Part shown: positions 9,628-14,357 of the stretch, piece by piece
How the letters are laid out: every line of letters begins with the position of its first letter
How positions within the stretch are numbered: position 1 is the stretch's first letter
Source: an uncultured bacterium
GTDB lineage: Bacteria; Electryoneota; Electryoneia; Electryoneales; Electryoneaceae
Length of the DNA: 14,357 nucleotides
NCBI GenBank assembly: GCA_964538455.1
Contig: CAZIDZ010000011.1
Span: 1 to 14,357, forward strand
Direction of reading: 5' to 3'
The notes under the pieces: model-generated
Databases searched by the model: none
Told to the model about the DNA's origin: nothing
The model's input: the letters and a program-made list of their open reading frames with translations, nothing else
Position numbers and translations under genes: made by a program

Positions 9628-10131
9628 TCACGCGTTTGAACCTCTGCTCTTCGGTACCGAATGTGTTTCGTTGAAGGCGATCGCCTCACGCAGCAAAGCC
9701 TTCAGCGCGCGCCTTTCGATTTTGTCACCTTCGAACCAGTCAATCGCTCGCCTCTGGTTCCCGTTAAGGCTCGAATTCAGGAGATTGTCGGGGTCGCTGA
9801 GCTTGGCGCCGTAATGGAGCGTGAGCTTGACTTTGTCCTTGAACGCATTCGCGTTTGCGTACATCCCCTCGTGCGACCAGACGGGAGTTCCCATCCACTT
9901 CCATTCTTCGATCACGTCGGGGTCGACCTCGTGAATGAGCTCGCGGATCTCGGCCAACATAGCGCCTTTCCAGCCGCCGGCGTCCAAAATGTATTGGTCG
10001 ATTCGTTCGACCGCACCTGACCTGTCGTCGCCGGATGCTGTCTGTGCGCGTGGCTTGGTTTGCTTTGCCGCACTATTCCTTGTTGTTGTCTTTTTACCGG
10101 CATTCGCAGCCGATTTACTCTTCGCTTCGCT
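9628..10131 (-). CDS. DUF1801 (YdhG/YdeI-like) domain protein with Lys/Ala/Thr-rich N-terminal tail
   Basis: The core VERIDQYILDAGGWKGAMLAEIRELIHEVDPDVIEEWKWMGTPVWSHEGMYANANAFKDKVKLTLHYGAKLSDP matches the DUF1801 pattern (..eyl...R.li.eA.P...E.iKWg.PvY......fK.hv.l.F..Ga.L.DP). My preferred start is the GTG at 10131, with an AGGAG Shine-Dalgarno sequence 8 nt upstream. The ORF track's start at 10143 overlaps that Shine-Dalgarno sequence. Residues 1-40 are low complexity (SEAKSKSAANAGKKTTTRNSAAKQTKPRAQ...). Confidence 0.7.
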   Translation of the reverse strand, partial: SEAKSKSAANAGKKTTTRNSAAKQTKPRAQTASGDDRSGAVERIDQYILDAGGWKGAMLAEIRELIHEVDPDVIEEWKWMGTPVWSHEGMYANANAFKDKVKLTLHYGAKLSDPDNLLNSSLNGNQRRAIDWFEGDKIERRALKALLREAIAFNETHSVPKSRGSNA

Positions 10132-10360
10132 CACTTTGTTCACTCCTGAACGCTTTGTCTCTCGTGCTGTTTTTTACGTAGGGTAGTACAAACAGATACA
10201 ACCCAGTCATCATCATGAACATAAGCGGAACGAACGCCAGGGCTCCAATCCACCCCGCCTGCGATCCCATAACGAGAGCAACGATGTTGATGATAATGGC
10301 CACCGTAAGGATAATGGACAGCCAACGGTGAGTAGTACGAATCCCCTTGTTCCAACTCAT
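10115..10360 (-). CDS. Small (81 aa) integral membrane protein, two predicted TM helices
   Basis: MSWNKGIRTTHRWLSIILTVAIIINIVALVMGSQAGWIGALAFVPLMFMMMTGLYLFVLPYVK plus an acidic/Ser-rich C-terminus. A GAGGAG Shine-Dalgarno sequence lies 6 nt upstream of the ATG at 10360. The ORF track's longer 98-aa version starts at 10411 and has no Shine-Dalgarno sequence. The 3' end overlaps the DUF1801 start by 17 nt, which suggests translational coupling. Confidence 0.55.
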   Translation of the reverse strand: MSWNKGIRTTHRWLSIILTVAIIINIVALVMGSQAGWIGALAFVPLMFMMMTGLYLFVLPYVKNSTRDKAFRSEQSERSEE

Positions 10361-10451
10361 TGTTAACTCCTCTTGCTCTGGCGACGATATACGATGCACT
10401 TCGATCGCCAATTCGAATCACATGTCGGCTAGGGTTCAAATGAATGACCGC

Positions 10452-10877
10452 TCAATCGATCTCTGCCAACACCTTGGGAAGTGCCTCGCCAGCCATACGC
10501 GTCCATCCCCAATGAGCACCTTTAATCGACTGCTGCTGGTCTTTCTTGAATCCTGTTTGTTCAAGTTTCAGGAGGGTTCCCGTGGGAGTTTCCTCGAGTG
10601 TCCAGTTCACCACGGTTTCGACACCGAGGGCGTGCCAGGCATAACTCAGAAATCGTAGCTCCTCGACCTCGAGGATCTCACAGTCCACGACACCGTTCCA
10701 GTCTGGAATGGGTTCGCTTTGAAACTGAAAGCGATGGCCAACTTTCGGGATCAGATCAGTCTTCATCAGCCATCGTGCCAGCAGCTCTGGATCGGTCAGC
10801 GCCCGCCAGACTTTCTCAGGTGCGTGAGGCAGGTCAAAAGTAAGCGCCACTCGGTCCATTTCGTTCTTGTCGGTCAT
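10452..10877 (-). CDS. SRPBCC-superfamily protein (AHSA1 / activator-of-Hsp90-ATPase-homolog-like, polyketide-cyclase fold)
   Basis: At 141 aa with RVALTFDLPHAPEKVWRALTDPELLARW...GHRFQFQS...W.G....EILEVEE...L.YAW it matches the AHSA1/SRPBCC pattern, the type commonly encoded next to ArsR regulators. An AAGGAG Shine-Dalgarno sequence lies 8 nt upstream. Its start codon overlaps the arsR stop (ATGA). Confidence 0.8.
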   Translation of the reverse strand: MTDKNEMDRVALTFDLPHAPEKVWRALTDPELLARWLMKTDLIPKVGHRFQFQSEPIPDWNGVVDCEILEVEELRFLSYAWHALGVETVVNWTLEETPTGTLLKLEQTGFKKDQQQSIKGAHWGWTRMAGEALPKVLAEID

Positions 10878-11191
10878 CCATCCATCTCCTTCAGCAGTGC
10901 TTTCAGTTTATCGATGCGCTCGATCCAAAACGCCTGGTAACGCTCTATCCAATCGACCAACGGACGCAATCCTTGGGGTTCGGCCCGGTAATAAACCAGC
11001 CGCCCTGCCTTTCGCTCTGCTACAAGCCCAGCCCCGCGAAGTGTTGCCAGATGCTGCGATACCGCCGGTTGGGAAATCGCCAGGTGACGAGTCAGTTCCT
11101 TGACAGGCGTCTCACCTTCGGTAAGACGTTCGAACAGTGCACGTCGACTGGGATCAGCGAGAGCGCGAAAGACTTCATCCTGTCGCGTCAT
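10874..11191 (-). CDS. ArsR/SmtB-family winged-helix transcriptional regulator (105 aa)
   Basis: MTRQDEVFRALADPSRRALFERL..GETPVKELTRHLAISQPAVSQHLATLRGAGLVAERKAGRLVYY is the canonical ArsR HTH. I take the ATG at 11191 rather than the ORF track's GTG at 11212, because a near-consensus promoter sits immediately upstream of 11191 and the GTG would fall inside that promoter. Confidence 0.85.
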   Translation of the reverse strand: MTRQDEVFRALADPSRRALFERLTEGETPVKELTRHLAISQPAVSQHLATLRGAGLVAERKAGRLVYYRAEPQGLRPLVDWIERYQAFWIERIDKLKALLKEMDG

Positions 11192-11197
11192 GCGGGA

Positions 11198-11226
11198 AGT
11201 ATAAGTGTTCACTTATGGATAGTCAA
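11198..11226 (-). promoter_or_regulatory. Sigma70-type promoter for the arsR cluster, apparently giving a leaderless or near-leaderless transcript
   Basis: On the minus strand the -35 is TTGACT (11226-11221), followed by a 17-nt spacer and the -10 TATACT (11203-11198), then 6 nt to the ATG at 11191. There is no room for a Shine-Dalgarno sequence. Confidence 0.5.
11201..11216. promoter_or_regulatory. 16-bp imperfect palindrome ATAAGTG-TT-CACTTAT overlapping the -10 and spacer of the arsR promoter; candidate ArsR autoregulatory operator
   Basis: 7-bp inverted arms flank a 2-bp centre. This is the typical position and architecture of ArsR/SmtB operators, which are short dyads overlapping the regulator's own promoter. 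Confidence 0.4.
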
Positions 11227-11328
11227 CCTACAATCGATAAAGTGTAGAGACAGCCGACTTTGGTGGGACACTCCGGAGACATGTTACGTATCTCGTATAT
11301 TTTTTCTGATGCTGAAGAGGAGGCTACC

Positions 11329-13086
11329 ATGACTGTATTGATGGCACTGGGCGCGGCGGTGTTCTACCTGATCGCCTATCACACCTATGGCCGTTGGCTC
11401 GCCCGAAAAGTCTTCAACATCGATCCGAATCTCGTCACCCCCGCGAACCAATTTCGTGACGACAGCGACTACCTCCCGACCCGTCGGGGAATCCTTTTTG
11501 GCCACCATTACACTTCGATCGCGGGAACGGGGCCGATTGTCGGACCGGCGATTGCGATTATCTGGGGGTGGTTGCCCGCGCTGCTGTGGGTGCTGATCGG
11601 CAGCGTGTTGATGGGCGCGGTGCACGACTTCGGTTCGCTGGTCGTCTCCACACGTCACCGGGGTCGCAGCATCGCGGATGTCGCCGCGGAAATCATCGGA
11701 CGGCGCGCGATGCTGCTGTTGATGATCCTCGTGTCCATCGCGCTGATGATCCTGCTCGCGGTGTTCGTCCTCGTGATCGCCAACATCTTCGATCTCTATC
11801 CGCAGGCGGTCTTCCCGGTGTGGATGCAGATCCCGATCGCCGTCGGGCTTGGTTTCCTGCTTTATCGCAGACATGTGAACCCGCTGCCTTGGACAATAGC
11901 TGCCGTAACGCTGATGTACCTGACTGTCATTGCGGGCGCCTGGCTGCCGGTGACGATGCCCGCTCTGCTCGGAATCCCCTCGCTGCTCATCTGGGTGGTC
12001 CTGCTATTTGTCTACGCCTTCATCGCCTCCATCCTCCCGGTGTGGACCCTGCTGCAGCCACGGGACTACATCAACGGTTACCAGCTGATGGTGGCGATGA
12101 TGTTGCTGACGTTGGGCATCGTCATCGCCCGGCCGGAAATGGTGGCGGATGCCGTTCGCCCGGCTCCCGCGGGAGCCCCGCCGTTGCTGCCGATTCTTTT
12201 CATCACGGTGGCTTGCGGCGCGATCAGCGGGTTTCACAGCCTCGTCGCGTCGGGCACATCCTCGAAGCAACTCGCCAACGAGCGGGACGCGCAGTTTGTC
12301 GGGTACGGTTCGATGCTGCTCGAGGGGTTTCTCGCGGTGTTGGTGTTGATCGCGGTCGGCGCGGGGATCGGACTCGGCTACAAGATCATCGGCGGCGACG
12401 GTAGCGTTCAGTTCCTCGCGGGACGCGAGGCCTTCCTTCACCACTATGCCAGCTGGGGAGCGGCCCAGGGACTCGGCGCGAAGGTGGGCGCCTTCGTTCG
12501 CGGTTCGGCCAACCTGCTCGGCGCTCTAGGGATCCCCGCCAACGTCGCGCTCGCCCTGATGGGCATGTTCGTAGCCTCCTTCGCGGGGACAAGCCTCGAC
12601 ACCGCGATGCGCCTGCAACGGTACGTGATCAGCGAACTCGCAGAGGAGTACCACTTTCCCGTTTTCCGTGGGCGGTGGTCGGCGACGCTGCTTGCCGCGG
12701 GGAGCGCCGCGATCCTCGCGCTGATTCCCGTACGTGACCCCTCTGGCGCATTGGTGCTCGGGAAAGGCGGGCTGCTTCTCTGGCCGCTGTTCGGAGCCTC
12801 CAACCAACTCGTCGCTGCCCTCGCGCTGATTGTAGTCACCCTCTATCTCGAACACCGCCGTGCTCCCTGGGTGGTGACCGCGCTGCCCGCCGTGTTGATG
12901 GTGGTGATTACCGTGTGGGCGCTGGTGCTGAACCTGAAAGACTACCTCGTCACGGGACGCATCTACCTGTTCGTCATCGGCGCGGTGCTGCTGCTGATCG
13001 AGGTGCTGATGATTTTCGAAGGGGTGAAACGTTTCCGGGTTGTGCGCCTCGAACAGGCGGCTGAGGCTGTTTCCGCCGTTGATTAG
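11329..13086 (+). CDS. cstA: Carbon starvation protein A family transporter (CstA)
   Basis: MTVLMALGAAVFYLIAYHTYGRWLARKVF...HHYTSIAGTGPIVGPAIAIIWGWLPALLWVLIGSVLMGAVHDFGSLVVSTRHRGRSIADV is the CstA N-terminal signature. The protein is 585 aa with many TM helices. A GAGGAGG Shine-Dalgarno sequence lies 6 nt upstream of the ATG at 11329. The ORF track's 11260 start is an over-extension. The gene is divergent from the arsR cluster. Confidence 0.9.
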   Translation: MTVLMALGAAVFYLIAYHTYGRWLARKVFNIDPNLVTPANQFRDDSDYLPTRRGILFGHHYTSIAGTGPIVGPAIAIIWGWLPALLWVLIGSVLMGAVHDFGSLVVSTRHRGRSIADVAAEIIGRRAMLLLMILVSIALMILLAVFVLVIANIFDLYPQAVFPVWMQIPIAVGLGFLLYRRHVNPLPWTIAAVTLMYLTVIAGAWLPVTMPALLGIPSLLIWVVLLFVYAFIASILPVWTLLQPRDYINGYQLMVAMMLLTLGIVIARPEMVADAVRPAPAGAPPLLPILFITVACGAISGFHSLVASGTSSKQLANERDAQFVGYGSMLLEGFLAVLVLIAVGAGIGLGYKIIGGDGSVQFLAGREAFLHHYASWGAAQGLGAKVGAFVRGSANLLGALGIPANVALALMGMFVASFAGTSLDTAMRLQRYVISELAEEYHFPVFRGRWSATLLAAGSAAILALIPVRDPSGALVLGKGGLLLWPLFGASNQLVAALALIVVTLYLEHRRAPWVVTALPAVLMVVITVWALVLNLKDYLVTGRIYLFVIGAVLLLIEVLMIFEGVKRFRVVRLEQAAEAVSAVD

Positions 13087-13183
13087 GTGTCCACCATGTT
13101 CCGTACCGATGGCTTGTCCTTCCTCGAACAAGCCCGTAGAGCGATTGCACACGCCGCCTGAACATTACCGGGATCAAGCGTTT

Positions 13184-13216
13184 CGGTGCTTTCTGTGGAG
13201 AGCACCGTTATTCGTT
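13184..13216 (+). terminator. Intrinsic terminator downstream of cstA
   Basis: The stem CGGTGCT / AGCACCG (7 bp) has the 10-nt loop TTCTGTGGAG and is followed by TTATTCGTT. Confidence 0.5.
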
Positions 13217-13315
13217 CGGGGAAATAGCATGCTAACTTAAAGCAACCTCCCTTGACGCACCGCGTAGGTCTATGTCCCGGTTCAACGACTTCAGCGTGCT
13301 TGTCTGGGAGGTCCC

Positions 13316-13810
13316 ATGGAACGGTCGAAATCCACACTCATCGCCACGCTCGCCGTGCTTCTTATACTGACGTGCAGTTGCGTTCGCACACGCTACAACA
13401 CCCCCGACATCGCCGCTGCCAAGGCCGAACTCGACTCGCTGTACGTGCACTGGTCCCAATCCTGGTGCGAGAGCGATCTGGAGGCCTACCTCGCCCCGAT
13501 CGACAAGGATGCCGTCTTTCTCGGCTGGCCCACGGAAAAGCTGCTCGCGGGCAAACCGCTGATCGAACAGGCTGTACGGCAGCGATTTCTGCGAAGCGGG
13601 AAAAACACGATGCATCCCACGTTTCATCGGGATAGATGGCTGTTGCACGCGACGCCGACAATCGCCTGGGCCGAAGCCGGCATCACCCTCAGCTATACCA
13701 GCTCGCAGGGCACGCATCACCTGCATTACCTCGAATCGATGGTGTTCGAACGGCGAAACGGAGCCTGGCAGGTGGTCCAATTTCAACGGTCGGCTGGATC
13801 GGAACAATAG
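13316..13810 (+). CDS. Secreted or lipoprotein with an NTF2/SnoaL-like (DUF4440-type) fold
   Basis: An N-terminal signal peptide MERSKSTLIATLAVLLILTCSC (Cys near the cleavage region, possible lipobox) is followed by ...AELDSLYVHWSQSWCESDLEAYLAPIDKDAVFLG.....RNGAWQVVQFQRS, which fits the SnoaL-like/DUF4440 pattern. A GGGAGG Shine-Dalgarno sequence lies 9 nt upstream. Confidence 0.65.
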   Translation: MERSKSTLIATLAVLLILTCSCVRTRYNTPDIAAAKAELDSLYVHWSQSWCESDLEAYLAPIDKDAVFLGWPTEKLLAGKPLIEQAVRQRFLRSGKNTMHPTFHRDRWLLHATPTIAWAEAGITLSYTSSQGTHHLHYLESMVFERRNGAWQVVQFQRSAGSEQ

Positions 13811-13877
13811 CGTTTTTAAAAAGGTCGGAAGGCCAGGTGGTTTTCCTCACCGGCCGTGAGCGGCTACCTTGACACGT

Positions 13878-14174
13878 ATGGCGAACGAATCTCCGGATTT
13901 GCCCGATGAGTTCGAGCTGCCGATCGACGGCGTGCTCGACCTGCATACCTTCCGCCCCCGGGAGGTCGGCGAGCTCGTTCCCGACTACCTCGCCGAATGC
14001 CGCGCGCGTGGCATCCTCACCGTGCGCATCATCCACGGCAAAGGAACCGGCGCCCTCCGCGAAACCGTTCACTCGATTCTGAAACCCATCGACTACGTCC
14101 GCGATTTCCATTTGGCGATGGGCGACAGCGGCGGTTGGGGTGCGACGGTTGTGGAGTTGGAACCGATGGAGTGA
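13878..14174 (+). CDS. Smr (small MutS-related) domain protein, 98 aa
   Basis: LPIDGVLDLHTFRPREVGELVPDYLAECRARGILTVRIIHGKGTGALRETVHSIL....GGWGATVVEL matches the Smr-domain consensus (LDLHG...a...l..fl......v.iIhGkGtG.Lr..v...L). I take the ATG at 13878; the ORF track uses a TTG at 13869. No clear Shine-Dalgarno sequence is present. Confidence 0.8.
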   Translation: MANESPDLPDEFELPIDGVLDLHTFRPREVGELVPDYLAECRARGILTVRIIHGKGTGALRETVHSILKPIDYVRDFHLAMGDSGGWGATVVELEPME

Positions 14175-14180
14175 GCCCGC

Positions 14181-14357
14181 AGGTGGCCTAAGTGGCTTGC
14201 CTACCCGGGCCACCCGTCCCCTGAGTCGATCTACAAGTCGATTACCTACATCCACAACAACCCTGTGCGTGCGGGATTGGTGGAGAATGTTTTGGAGTGG
14301 CGCTGGTCCAGTGCAAGGTGTTATGAATTGGACGAGTACGCGGGATTGAACGCTGAC
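14181..14357 (+). mobile_element. Degenerate 3' remnant of an IS200/IS605-family (RAYT-like, Y1 HUH) transposase gene, truncated by the window end
   Basis: The frame immediately after the Smr stop reads RRWPKWLAYPGPPVPESIYKSITYIHNNPVRAGLVENVLEWRWSSARCYELDEYAGLNAD. It aligns with the conserved C-terminal block of RAYT/IS200-like proteins (..WQ.rFwdH.ir...dY..hvdYI..NPVkaGlV....dWpwSS..). E. coli RayT (DYRHHVDYIYINPVKHGWV...WPFSTFHR) is recalled here for comparison. No N-terminal HUH/catalytic-Tyr region is present upstream, where the Smr gene sits instead. Confidence 0.45.

Noticed and set aside
10400-10450. tRNA-like T-loop motifs (TTCGAATC, GGTTCAAAT) in the SRPBCC / membrane-protein gap
   Set aside because: No flanking 5-bp T-stem complementarity, acceptor stem or anticodon arm could be built. 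They are chance motif matches.
11284-13152. Minus-strand and alternative-frame ORFs inside cstA (11284-11874, 11568-12404, 12004-12444, 12526-13152)
   Set aside because: They lie antisense to, or out of frame within, a clearly recognisable CstA transporter gene. They are rich in Arg, His, Asp and Gln, lack Shine-Dalgarno sequences, and are spurious high-GC ORFs.
13232-14255. Minus-strand ORFs 13232-13807 (191 aa) and 13689-14255 (188 aa)
   Set aside because: They are antisense to the NTF2-like lipoprotein and Smr genes, which have recognisable domains, and to the transposase remnant. No domain signal is present.
13869-14357. Reading the Smr gene and the transposase-like tail as one fusion protein
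   Set aside because: An in-frame TGA (14172-14174) separates them, and TGA is used as a stop by several other genes here. The Smr domain is complete before the stop, so a fusion is unlikely, although the shared frame is noted in the findings.

Overview
This is a bacterial chromosomal window of roughly 60% GC. I cannot assign a phylum from sequence alone. The first half (1-6540) is a tightly packed + strand housekeeping block: NAD-dependent DNA ligase (ligA), elongation factor P (efp), biotin carboxyl carrier protein and biotin carboxylase (accB, accC), then glycine-cleavage H protein and P-protein subunit 1 (gcvH, gcvPA). gcvH follows accC after only 12 nt, and neither gcvT nor gcvPB is in the window. 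After a 250-nt AT-richer spacer come a solitary SPFH/stomatin-family membrane protein and an RsuA/RluB-type pseudouridine synthase. The synthase's stop codon lies inside a striking 27-bp-arm inverted repeat with an A-tract on one side and a T-tract on the other, which looks like a bidirectional terminator. An AT-rich island follows. It carries a GT2_4-type (PF13704-like) glycosyltransferase gene interrupted by an in-frame TGA at 8738-8740, so it is a probable pseudogene. On the minus strand there is an apparent four-gene cluster: an ArsR/SmtB regulator, an SRPBCC (AHSA1-like) protein, an 81-aa membrane protein and a DUF1801 protein with a Lys/Ala/Thr-rich N-terminal tail. Its genes overlap in a way that suggests translational coupling. 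The cluster is driven by a near-consensus sigma70 promoter that overlaps a 16-bp palindrome (candidate ArsR operator), and it appears to produce a leaderless arsR mRNA. Divergent from it on the + strand is the carbon-starvation transporter gene cstA. After cstA come an intrinsic terminator, an NTF2/SnoaL-like secreted or lipoprotein, and a small Smr-domain protein. Directly after the Smr stop codon lies the degenerate C-terminal remnant of an IS200/RAYT-like Y1 transposase, which runs off the window edge. I found no CRISPR array, rRNA or tRNA. The long minus-strand ORFs in the provided ORF track (for example 2160-3218, 2986-4101, 11284-11874) are antisense artefacts typical of high-GC DNA. I see no clearly novel multi-gene system. 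The items most worth a second look are the interrupted glycosyltransferase island, the arsR-SRPBCC-membrane-DUF1801 cluster, the acc-gcv fusion cluster and the giant inverted repeat.
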